Assembly (NCBI RefSeq): GCF_964194025.1
Contig: NC_134473.1
Span: 13,826,001 to 13,890,000, forward strand
Source of the DNA: Convolutriloba macropyga
Lineage: Eukaryota
Direction: 5' to 3'
DNA length: 64,000 bases
Every line of letters starts with the position of its first letter. The stretch's first letter is position 1. The notes under the pieces are model-generated. The model saw only the letters and a list, made by a program, of their open reading frames with translations, searched no databases and was not told where the DNA came from. Shown piece after piece: positions 25,660 to 37,809 of the stretch. The position numbers were made by a program, and so were the translations under genes.

Positions 25660-27633
25660 AATAAGTACAAATACTAACAAAATTGAAAAAATTATCTTTT
25701 TTTTTGAAAACGATAAGCGTATCATTCAAAAAAAATAACAGCTGAAAATTGTAATGATTAATTCGGCTGACTAAAGCAGTTTTAGCAACCGATTAGAATT
25801 GTCATTAAGGACACTAAGAGACAACAAATTGAGCAAAAAACTCGTAAACATCAAACAATCGGTAACAATTCTTGAAAAGAATGAAAGTCAAAGTATGACC
25901 TTTAAACAGAAGCAATTAAAATTATTAAATTAAGGACATTAGCACCTTATGTTACCTGTCCATAAAGGGATTAAAAGACGAGACAACTAAAAGTACAACA
26001 AATACTGTCAAAACCAACAACAGTCATTATAACAATCAAAGAAATAGTGTCAAAGTCATTGCAACCACAAGCCGAAAATACATAACTAGGTTTAATTATG
26101 CCCCATTACCAACCATTGATAAAGTCATTATTGATACTTGGCAATAAGACAACAGAAATAAAAAAAAGGGCAAACAGCAAATTTTCGATAATATCTTATA
26201 ATTTGAAAACAAATATTTTCTTGAAAAGAATTAGTATCGAAGTCATAGACAGCTTAACCTTTCAACAAATACGATTAAACCAACCAAATTAGCCCCAGTA
26301 ACAATCATGAATCCTGTCCCTAATGAGATTAAATGGTAAGACAGCAAAAAAAACAACAAATACTCGCAAAATGGAAAAAATCCCTCGAAGTTTGAGAAAA
26401 GTAGTGGCAAAGTCATGAAAAATGATAGCCATTAACTCGAACCAGTTATTAGGTTTTTTTATGACCCATAAGAAACCAAACATACCAGTTATTGATAATA
26501 CTGAGAGAACAGATTTTTTTTTAAAAAGTCGGCAAAGTCAAATATTCAATATTTTATGACAACAAATAGTGATATAACAGCCATATAAAAATTTAGCTGC
26601 CCCTTGATGATTTCAAGCAATTGCAAATAGGTGAAATAACTAAAACACAAATTTATCATATTAAAATAAGAGCACTTAAGGAGAAGAAACACTGAAAACG
26701 GGAGTCAAATCGACGCACATAAAATCTATGAAAAATCGAAAAATCGTTTAAACACAAGTTCTCACTCCACTTGAAAGTAAGTTGAGAAAAAAACGAATCA
26801 ATTTTTCGCTCCCTTTACCACTTCACCGTGACTAAAATAACCACTCTAAGGTACTTCTCACTGATGTGAAATAGCGGGAAAAAGAACAGATCTTAAAAAA
26901 ACATAGCAGTACAAGTCCAGAAATACAATTCACAGGATTGAACGAAAAAATTTGAACTACAGTACCTGACCCGCAGATCAATTGAATAGCACCAGCCAAT
27001 AAGACAAAATTTCCCAAGTTGAGAAACTAAAAGAATGAAAAAAATCTAATAAAAAACATTGCTAAAACTCTTGAAACTTACCCTAAAGGCCGCCAAATCT
27101 AATCCATTTAACTATACCGATTAAAACACGCACAAAACTTTTAAAGAGGATTATTTGCCACTAAAGATAGAAAACTTAAGAAATAAGACAAAGAATTATA
27201 GAAAATAAAATTTGCAAAAAATAATGCATCTCAATTTTGTAATAATATGTAATACTAAAATAACAATCTTTTTTAAAAAGTAGGAAAAGTCAAATAGTGC
27301 CAGTCTAAAAAAAATTTAGCTGCCCCTTGATGTTTTCAACCAATTGGGAATAGGCGCAACTAAAAACAAATTTTTCATATTAAAAGCATGTAAGGAGAAG
27401 AAACAGTGAAAACAGGAGTCAAATTGACGCACATGAAAAAAAAATCTGAAAATCGAAAATTCGTTCAAACACCAATTTTTCACTCCACCCGAAACTTAGT
27501 TGAGAAAAAATCACACTCTACACCTAATCAATTTTTCACTCCCTTTACCACTTGAGCTTGACTAAAATCACTACTCCAAATTGACTTTTCACTGACGTGA
27601 AATAGCCGAAAAAAGAACAGATCTTTAAAAAAA

Positions 27634-28897
27634 CATAGTAGTACAAATCCAGAAATACATTCCACAGAATTGAATGAAAAACTTTGAGCTACTGAACCTG
27701 ATCAGCAGACCAATTGAAGAATGCCAGCCAAAAAAACAATTTCCTGAGTTGAGAAATTAAAATTATCAAACAAACTAAAAACCACTGCTAAACTCTTGAA
27801 GCTATTACCCTAAATACCAAATCTATTTATCCTGTATTATCCATTTAACTACAACAAATAAAACACGCACGAAACCTTCAAAGAGGATTATTGGCCGATG
27901 AAGAAAAAGTTTCACCAGCTCAAAGACTAGTAAACACGTAACAGCATAAAACTACTCCGTTCCCCAAGCAACTATGAAGTAGCATACTATCAAACCCTGG
28001 AGGAGGTTCCCTGACCTCTGAGGCTGGAATAACACAGCAAATGACAACAATTTTCAATTAAATTGAAAAACATTGCGAAAATTAGTATCATTTTGAGTTT
28101 TCAAGTTTGCTGTACTAAAACGTTTAGCTCATAAAATTGTCAGAAAAGGTAAACATAACCGACTAACGTCGGGCGAATTGCTCTCAAACGACATCCGAGC
28201 AGTTGGCTTCGTCAGTAGCTAGCCAAGGGGGGGGGGTGCACCGGGGGCTGATGGGTGGGCAACACTGGGTTGGGGGGCAACAGCGCGGTGGGGGTGGAGG
28301 CAATAGTGGGGGTCAACAGGGGGGGGGGGGGGTGTCAACCTGGAAGAACCTCCCTTCACACCATAAGTATAAGTCTCCAAAACAGTTTGAGCTGAAACAG
28401 AGCGGAAAGGCTCTAAGAGCACTTAATGCCCGCTGGGCGCTACCTGTTTATCCCGTTTTTGAGGACGAAAAGTCAAAGCGTCAGACGAAAAATCGGTCAA
28501 GCGAAAAATCGCATAAAAAAAGACCGACAGGACTATTATAATTGCTATAAACTTCGTTTGAGAGCAATTAATTATGTCTTTGAAAAAACCTTTATCAAAT
28601 TTGACAAACGTCAACTCAAAACTAATTTTAAAAAAATTCGAAAAGTGGCAAAACGTGAATCGTGTCATTTTGGACTCAAAAACTCCGAAATTGACCTTTT
28701 AACCTTGGGCATTCCCAGAAGCTGCACTCCTCTAAGCCCTTGAAGGACAACTAAAGTCAGCTTTGGGCCTCTAATGAAACTTAATACCCACTGACCTCAC
28801 ATGCTTATCGGGTTTTGAAAGGTCACAGTCATGAAAAATGTGCGAAAACTTCGTACAAAAAAGACCGAGCACCAATACAATCCAATTCTTGGATTGT
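27634..28897 (-). mobile_element. HINE family E containing a G-rich family A copy (28154-28569)
   Basis: E closes with ccaatacaatccaattcttggattgt. A has hairpin ccgac-taac-gtcgg and subTIR aattgctctcaaacga/tcgtttgagagcaatt. Confidence 0.72.
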
Positions 28898-29292
28898 AAA
28901 AAAAAACAATAGACTCAAAGTATAGACGGCGCAAACGAGCTGATATTAGCTTTCCGAAAAATTCAAATATTGCACCCGCCGTCTCAGTTCTATCTAGACT
29001 AGAGCTATCAACTAATAAGTTTTTAGAGATAATTTGAAATCAGCAGCCATAGTTCATGAGTATCAGCACAAGCATAATTTCAAAAACTATTGTAATTTGA
29101 GTTCGGAAATGAAATCATTTTTATGAGCTTAAGAGTCTAGAAACTTTAGAATCGAACGACTGCTTTTAGTTGACGAATGCAATTTAAAGATGAAAATATT
29201 CTTCTATTTCGATTACCAAGCCACTGAATTATCAGTTACTTTATTTCTTTTCTAAGATATGAACTTGTCTCATTTAACAGTAATCAATTTAC

Positions 29293-29468
29293 ATCTTGGA
29301 TCTTTTTGACATCTCTCTTGGGTCCAGCGAGGAGAGAGGTTCCAGTGTCGGCGATGGCCTGACAACTTCCATCACAGAATGAGACTCCGCCACTTCCCTC
29401 CACTTCGCCTCCGTCCATTGTGAATTGCCAGTAGGTCTGCTCAGTCACATTTGTGCACGTGAAGTCAC
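29293..29468 (-). CDS. CTSD: Cathepsin D exon 4 (second catalytic DTG)
   Basis: YWQFTMD...CQAIADTGTSLLAGP. gttcag acceptor and gtaaat donor. Confidence 0.93.
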
Positions 29469-29485
29469 CTGAACATAAAAATTTG

Positions 29486-29635
29486 AGACCTTTTCTGTTT
29501 TTGCCCCCCTCCCTCCCAGGTACAGAGCACGTGTCATTACATGGTAAATCATTTTGTAAAAACATGGCACGTGCGTCTGGGGGTTGCAAATAATATGCAC
29601 CCACTAAGTTGGGGAGGCACAAACGGAAAAGATCC
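29486..29635. mobile_element. ~145-bp MITE with 8-9 bp TSD
   Basis: Same element as 56923-57064, flanked by the direct repeat aaaatttg. Confidence 0.8.
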
Positions 29636-29935
29636 AAAATTTGTTATCGTTTTATTACCAAAACAGAATTACGGGAAGGACCTTGTTCGTCGATCACGGT
29701 CAGTAATACAAGCATGACCAATTTGCTGGATACTGACAGTAGTCAAAACTTTCGGTTTCAAACAAGAACGTTGGAAGATTGACCTTGAGAAGGTCTGAAA
29801 CATTGGATTTCCTGCCCCGGTGTTTTCTGCCAGCAGTTACAAATGATGCGTTAATCTGTAGCATGTTACTATGTAAAAATTAGTATGTGCGCATGGGGGA
29901 CAATAGATCCAAATAACCTTGTGAACTCATTATTC

Positions 29936-30289
29936 GGTTCTACTTCTTTTCACCCCGATTCATTTAACCCCTCTATCATTTCACCCCTCTATCATTTCAT
30001 ACCGCCAATTAGGACGACCGTCGACATTAAAGGCATCTTTGTCATAATTAAGTAGATAATTTAATCCCATGTTCGGTTGTGATAATTTCATATCAAGTCC
30101 CATGGGCCGCTAAGGCATGGCCATGGCCCGTGAGGCATGGCCAAATGACTATATTGCTAATTAAATAGTCCTTATTTTACAAAAGATTAAAATCGGGGTG
30201 AAATGATAGAGGGGTTAAATGATGGAGGGGTGAAAAAATCGGGGTTAAATGATAAGGGGGTTAAATAAATAGGGGTGAAAAAGCGGGCC
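29936..30289. mobile_element. Foldback/Mutator-like MITE whose TIRs are built of ~16-bp repeats, with an 11-bp TSD
   Basis: Direct repeat actcattattc at 29925-29935 and 30290-30300. Left arm (tcatttcacccctcta)n, right arm (tagaggggttaaatga)n. Confidence 0.8.
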
Positions 30290-30606
30290 ACTCATTATTC
30301 TTCTACACAGGTAGTTTCGTTTTACAACATATACAAAAAACTAATCAGCCTTCGATAAAATTTGTTTTCCACAACTTTAAGGCGGATTGTGAAAAACTTC
30401 TTCGGATCAGCAAACTTAAGCAGAGTTTCAATACTAAAAATTTAACACGAGTAGATCAGTTTAAAAAACTAAATAATTGTCAGCAGATTGCTATCAACAT
30501 GGCGATTTATGTACTTCATTGCTTAAATACCCATTAGAGAATCTGACACTAGAAGCGCAAAGCAGGACTCACAAAACCTTTTCAAAACCACTCTGGTTAG
30601 CAGAAA

Positions 30607-30994
30607 CATAAAACGATTTACGTCAGACGAATTTCACTCGAACGACAGGCGAGGAAATTTAATTTAGTGTGGGTTTTGCTCAGAAATTTTCTATGGTCGC
30701 ACAAATCGAGAACCCAAAGGAAAGGGGTTCGTACCCGCAACCTATAGAACAAAATCTAACATCTTTACAACTCAGGTACAATAGCTTTGATACTCGTTCG
30801 CTCACAACTGTTCTCGTATTTGCAACAAACTTTATTTCAGAGTGAGAGCAACTTGATCCCCTCAAAAAAGTCACTCAAGAAGTGAAACAAAGTTCCAGCC
30901 AGAACAAAAGCGCAAAAACAACCGATCAGAAAATTTGCACAAAAGAAGCACACACGCATACAATAATTACCTCAAACTTCATTTGCAAGCAATC
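30607..30994 (-). mobile_element. HINE family A, tRNA-cassette subtype
   Basis: Degenerate family A ends plus an internal ggggttcgtacccgcaacc segment. Confidence 0.6.
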
Positions 30995-32760
30995 AAAAAG
31001 TTAAATTTCTTTTAAAAAAAAACTGACTAACTGAAAAATCGAAAGTAGTTAAATGTGATCTAAATGATTTTCTCCACAAAATTGAATTATTTCTTTCATC
31101 TAAACCTAATAGAGCAATTAAAGTAAATTGAGACATGATTCGAACTCTAGAATACCTCTTCTTATATTGCATCTTGAAATCCGCGTGAAATTTTGCAACT
31201 TCGAGTTTACCATTCCCTCCAAAAACAAATTCATTGGCAATAGAAGGCCATGAATTTTACAATAAAAGAGTAAACAAGTATGCCATCGTCAGGAATTCCT
31301 TTCAAATATCAAAACTCTAAGTGTCGCATTCTTACCAGATAAGCAGCTTACTCGCTTAAACGGTGAGCTCAATCAATGTTTTTATTGGAAAGTCTGCCAC
31401 ACGAAAAGTCTAAAGGAAAAGTCATAAACGTGTCGAAATGAAAAAAATGTCCCAAGCTGCATAATTTAATATCTCAATAGCCGCAACAACCGCAATAAAA
31501 CCATCAATAAGACGTCCGCCACCCAGCATGCGTTGCCCTCTAAGACCAATTTAATGAACATAACAGCCCTTAAAAAATAGTCGCAATGAATGAGCCGACA
31601 GACAGGTATTTTGATATACCTGTTATGTTCAAAGAGTTTTCACAGTTTGACAGCGGAAAAGATATTAATGAGCATTATGTTAATGCAAAACGATCATCCT
31701 AATTTTTTGGCTATTCGGATATAATATGGGTTCTGAAAGGTTCCAAATTTTTACTTGCGGGTGGAACTTATAAATAGTCATTTAGAAACTTGTGCCAAAT
31801 TTACACCCTTCATGCTGATAATTTCGGTACTGAACCTGTTTGTATGCTATCCTTCTCAACAAAAACATTTATCCCAGCCAATTTATCGCTGCTTGAAAAA
31901 CTACTGCTCCAGATTTTACGCCAAATATAGTTCTACTTGATTTTGAACTGGCTCCCATTAATGCTTTTCAAAAACACCATCCAGAATCAATGGTATCAGC
32001 CTGTTTTTACCAACTACCCTCCAGTGGGGAAAATCATGAAATCTAGAGAGAAAGGGCTCACATCTTGATGAAGGTTCACAAGGACGCAACATAAATATTG
32101 CCAAATTGTCGTAATTGTGTATTTGAAATGTTTTAATGTTAATTTAAATGTGAAATTCATCGTATTTTTGAGATCACGCCTTCCTTGCATCCTCGCGGAG
32201 TTACTTCAAAGCCTCGTAACGCGCCTCGTTAGGGCATTTAATCCCATGCGTTTTGGAATTCATTACATTTTCTGTTAAATAAGGTTTTGTTTGGATTCAA
32301 TCATTTATGCTTGCTTTAAAAGTAGGTTTGAAATTTAATTTAGATTGTTTTCATTGGGAAGTACCGGCTTGTCGGTCCGCTGGACTAAGATTGCTTTTCA
32401 ACTTTTCCAATTTAGCTATAATGTGATCAACGTGGAACATAAGAAATCGGAGTTGTCAATTATGTTCTACATCATCAAACGCGTCAAAATGAAAAAAAAA
32501 AATCGTCCCAAGCTGTACAAAGTCGTGTCGTTTGAGCGACAAGACGTGCATGTCGCTCAAACGAATTTTCTCCGTTCTCCAAATACACTCGGTTAGGACG
32601 TAAAAAAGGTTGCATTTGGAAAGAGGACATCAATAGGATTAGCTTTGCGCACTACTTAGCCTTCACGCTACTTCAAATTGAAACCACCAAAACTATATTT
32701 TCCCTTTAGCAGTAGAAGTTCGCAAAAACTTCAGCAGAGCTCGAATAAATCAGATCTAAC

Positions 32761-33031
32761 CAGTGTAATGGTCAGGGTTCACCCCTCCAAAGAAGATTTC
32801 TCCACCATCATCGCTGTCAGGGTCTCGGTTGAGCCAGAATCCGAACTCATTCTTTGCCACAAGTCCTTGATCCCAGGCGTTGTTGAACCATGGTTCCAAA
32901 CCATCGACCGCGATTCTGGGGTAAGCCATGCCGAGAATTCCGTCAAATTTGGCTGCTACAAAAGTGATTCCGGGTTCTTTGATTGCCTCGCCGAAAAACT
33001 GATGCTGAACAGAAATTCCAGCAACTTCCAC
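32761..33031 (-). CDS. CTSD: Cathepsin D exon 3
   Basis: FGEAIKEPGITFVAAKFDGILGMAYP...GGEIFFGG. ctgtag acceptor and gttag donor; phases are consistent. Confidence 0.93.
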
Positions 33032-33368
33032 CTACAGGGCACAAAAAGATTACAACCTCAATTAAAGCTGACATGAAAAACTGAGTTTGAAATAATTATC
33101 CAGAAAAAATTAAAGCTTCTTTTGATATGGCATGATTCTTCTTTCTATCAAGAGTTCTTTAACAAATGTAGCTTAATTACTGGTTGAAATCTGATTTCCC
33201 ATTCCGCTTCAAGGACTTTATTTTCAATGTGATAATAACTTGCATTCGAGGTCGCACCGTGCAAGAATTTTCCAGATTTCCTCTGGTTGCTTATTTTTAG
33301 CACAACCTTTATTAAATCAGCTTGTTAATGTTGCTAAACCGAACCGGTTATTTTTTCAGTGACAATCA

Positions 33369-34136
<768 letters not shown>

Positions 34137-34476
34137 TTACGTTTACTAAACGCGGAAATTAGCAACAAATAATGGGTTCTGATTGTTTTAGTTGATGATT
34201 TTCTGTAACACGCTAAAGAAGAACCCGATATTGTCCATATTGAATTCTGCTTTAAGCATCATCACCATGTCTCAAAATGTATCAGGACTCCTCCGTTTTC
34301 CAAAATCTCAGATTAAGGCAAGCCGCTTCCGAACTTACATTCCTGCATATATAGGAAGCGCGTACAAAGCCGATATCTGAGAAAAGCAAAAGCCTAAAAA
34401 TAGCTCAGACGACTCGAACATACATTAAATGTCAGGTTTTCAAACGTAGTTAAATGTAGAGAAAGTTATAACTTAC

Positions 34477-34514
34477 CATAGCACGGCAAGCAATAGAACC
34501 GTGTATTTCATCAT
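34477..34514 (-). CDS. CTSD: Cathepsin D exon 1 (signal peptide MMKYTVLLLAVL)
   Basis: Hydrophobic signal peptide followed by a gtaagt donor (phase 2). It joins exon 2 as ...AVLCGLALADF. Confidence 0.85.
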
Positions 34515-35015
34515 GTTGAGAGTTAGAGAGAGAAACCAACCGCAAGTGAGGCAAGTTAAGTTGATAATAAGACAAATCGGATAATCAGCAAACTAGACAA
34601 ACATTATGGCCTCGTGACATTTGCACAAAGTTTTGTTCGCGTGTAATGAGATAACCAGATCGAAACAACACTCCCGTTCACTACAGCCCCAAATGGCTAC
34701 ATTTGTGACGAATTGTTTAAACAAATAATCAATCAAAATGTTCACAATACCATATACGATAAGGAATGCAGCAAATAAATACATGGCAAGCCCATCCATC
34801 GTAAATTTGAGATGCTTATAACATTCAATCCTACGATTGAACTCACCAACCATCATTTGAGTTCATCGAAACCTGCAGTGTAAATTTGAAATTTCCCACG
34901 TAAATAAACGATTTCTTTATTTAACTAGTTTCATGTTCAAGGTTTAAACTTCAATTTATAGCTGTAAACAAAGTTTTTCAGATATGTCAAGAACTCACGA
35001 TTGATAAGGATAAAC

Positions 35016-35498
35016 CTAAGCTGTCCATTTCAGACATCTAGTATCTTTATGCATCTGTTGGCAATCTAAGCTGCAGAATTTGAAACCGCATTGAACACAG
35101 TTGTATGCTGACGGGAATCCACAAACGGAGCAGAGCTTTTTAGCGGGTTTCTTGCTAGGTGGCGCTATACATGTAAAATAATTTGGTGATTCTCTTTCAA
35201 GCGCCGCCTCCTCTTCAACCAAGTTTTGCAACGTCTTTCTAAATCTTTGTTTAAAATGATCGCCACGAATTTTCCGTTTTCGTCCTTTGGCAGACTTAGA
35301 TTTGTCCTCCTGACCTTCAACATGTAACATCTTTTTGTTGATAAAGATTAAGTTGGCATGTGGGTCTTCTTGAAAGTTGTCCTTTTCCAACGAGTCCAGG
35401 TGTCGTTCCAGCCTCCTCTCTCTGGATATGTTGTCCAAAATTTTCTTTTCATTAACAATTTTTTGACGTTCACTTTCTCTCGCAACAACAACAGACAT
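35016..35498 (-). CDS. ZNHIT1: Zinc finger HIT domain protein 1 (Vps71/SRCAP-SWR1 subunit), 160 aa
   Basis: LEKDNFQEDPHA, HFKQRFRKT, and the HIT finger CSVCGFPSAYNCVQCGFKFCSLDCQQMHKDTRCLKW. The first ATG is at 35498; the ORF-track start at 35522 is a TTG. Confidence 0.93.
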   Translation of the reverse strand: MSVVVARESERQKIVNEKKILDNISRERRLERHLDSLEKDNFQEDPHANLIFINKKMLHVEGQEDKSKSAKGRKRKIRGDHFKQRFRKTLQNLVEEEAALERESPNYFTCIAPPSKKPAKKLCSVCGFPSAYNCVQCGFKFCSLDCQQMHKDTRCLKWTA

Positions 35499-35705
35499 TT
35501 TATCCTGAAATTTGCCCAACAATATAATACCAATTACTCTCTAAACTAAGGGACACATTCAGGAACACAAACTTGTTAAATTCTGGCAGAAAGCCGAACG
35601 CTACATAAATATAGCAAGAGATTTCAAAAATAAGTTCATTTCAAATTCAAACACCGGCCGCTATTTATAATAAATTGTTTAATAAAACTTACGAGTAAAA
35701 AAGAA

Positions 35706-36088
35706 CATAACCGACTAACGTCGGGCGAATTGCTCTCAAACGACCGGTTAGCTTCGTCAGTAGCTAGCCACGGGGGGGGGGGGGGGGGCTGGGCAACCGT
35801 GGGGCTGTCGCGCGGGGGGCAACAGCTTGGGGGGGGGGGGGCTCTTCAAGAACCGTCCTTCACACAATAACTAAGTCTCCAAAACAGCTTCTGTGAATCG
35901 CATACTTCGAGTACTTGGAGACTAGTGCGCTGAAAGGCTATAAGGGCACTTAATGCCCTCTACCTGTTTATCCCGTTTTTGTGGACGAAAAGTCAATTGG
36001 GTCAGACGAAAAAACTCAAGCGAAAAATCGCATTAAAAAAGACCGACAGGACTGATATAATTGCTAAAAACTTTGATTGAGAGCAATT
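35706..36088 (-). mobile_element. HINE family A (G-tract subtype)
   Basis: cataaccgactaacgtcgggcgaattgctctcaaacga at one end and ttgagagcaatt at the other. Homologous to 28154-28569, 13507-13948, ~15570-15916 and 49686-50057. Confidence 0.8.
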
Positions 36089-37263
36089 AAACAGATACAA
36101 ATCCTGTCAAACCTAGTCATCAGTTCTATGGATCGACCAGTAATTTCTAACATAGCAGTCACATTGCCAAATAACAGCAGCGAAAGAAACCGCTTAGACC
36201 GTAAATTGAAGCAGAGAAGTGACAAAGGGAAAGAGTACAGTAAAAGATACGTTTAAAAATTTCAAGCAGTTTAAACACTGAAGCCAACCAATAAACTCAT
36301 GTTTACGTTCAGTTAGTTTTTGAATTCAAATTTATCCAGTAACGTACACGTCCTCTCGAGCCAAGTAATCAGTACTATGGATCGACCAGTAATTTCTAAC
36401 ATAGCAGTCAGATTGCCAAACGACAGCAGCGAAAGAAACTGTTTAGACCGAAAGTTGAAACAGAGAACTTTGCACGACAGCAAGTAAAAGTATTCTTTTG
36501 AGTGATACCGTTTAAGCATTCAAAGCCACCAGAAATTCTGCTAAATCCAAAAAGATCGAGAACAGCAAGAACAATCCGACAAGAACAAAATCCACTGCAC
36601 GAGAAATCTGCATTTTCCCAAAAAATGAAGAATTCTCTCCTATAGCAATAACTCAGGGACAACGTGTTATCTACCACGGAGTTGATGCAGAAACGTCGCC
36701 GCATAACAGGCACTTGTGGAGAGGCGAAAATTAGGTGACCAGTTCGGAACAACAAACCGACGTCCCACTTACCCGAAGCGCTCAGTCTGTTACGCATCTC
36801 AAAAAGAACGAATTGAAAAACATAGCAAGACAAACACTCAAATATAATGCTACGAACTCTAAAATTGTATGACCTTACAATCAGCTTTCCAAGCATAATT
36901 TTTGAAATTAAGCAGCACATATAAACAGTAACAAGAAAAAGAAACCGGAAAAACGAAATCAAATCAAACCAGAAAGTCCAAATTTCACTAAGGATAAAAA
37001 CCAATGTTCGTATCTTGAAACAATTTTCTCGGTGGTGTGAAAATGAATCTATTCGAGCAGATATTTTTAAAATCAAAAACCTGTTGAATAGTTTTAATAC
37101 GCAACATTTTGGTATACATTTTTTGAAATTTTCAACCCAACATTTACAATACAGTAGACTAGGTTCAAAGCCAGATGCTTAAAATAGATAACTTTTATAC
37201 ATAAGACTTATGCAACAAAAAAACTGATTTACATAAATCTGTAATAACTAAAAATAACTAAAA

Positions 37264-37759
37264 CATAGCTGGCAGATTGCCACAAAATAGCCGCAATAGC
37301 TCCGTAGATCTGCAGTCTCAAAAAAACAGTAAAAAAGAAAGACCAAAAAAATTCGTCTTTTTATTGAAGGTTGATATGTTATATAATTTTGATTAAAAAT
37401 CTGTTTAAGTTTTTGCTGCCTCTACTAGCTGCTCTCAAATAACCTTCATTTAGAGTGACACACACCCATTTGACCTTATCTCTGAATTAAAGTAAATAAA
37501 AGTCAATTTCAAATTGAGGAAGTCATTTTTGAGAGTGAGGTAAGTCAAGTGTGACCAAAAATTTACTCACGCGAATGAACAAAAAAACTCGCTACACTGA
37601 GAGCGAAAAATGACGTCACGCATGCAATTCAGTTGAAATTGCATGAACGAATGAACAAAAAGTGGCTGTGACGTCATATGGTCGTAACAAAAATCATGAC
37701 GACGAAATAAAAAAAAACAGAAGGCCAATAATAGCCTCAGCTATCGCTGTGCGGCTATT
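37264..37759 (-). mobile_element. HINE family B1 copy
   Basis: End-to-end similar to 25166-25659. Confidence 0.8.
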
Positions 37760-37809
37760 AAAAATATCTTATACTGTCTTTTAAGACTTATAAGATATTG
37801 TAAAAAAAG

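Noticed and set aside
36408-37076. 222-aa minus-strand ORF
   Set aside because: No recognisable domain, non-ATG start, and an F/C/L-rich composition typical of the antisense of A-rich DNA. It overlaps a local direct repeat.
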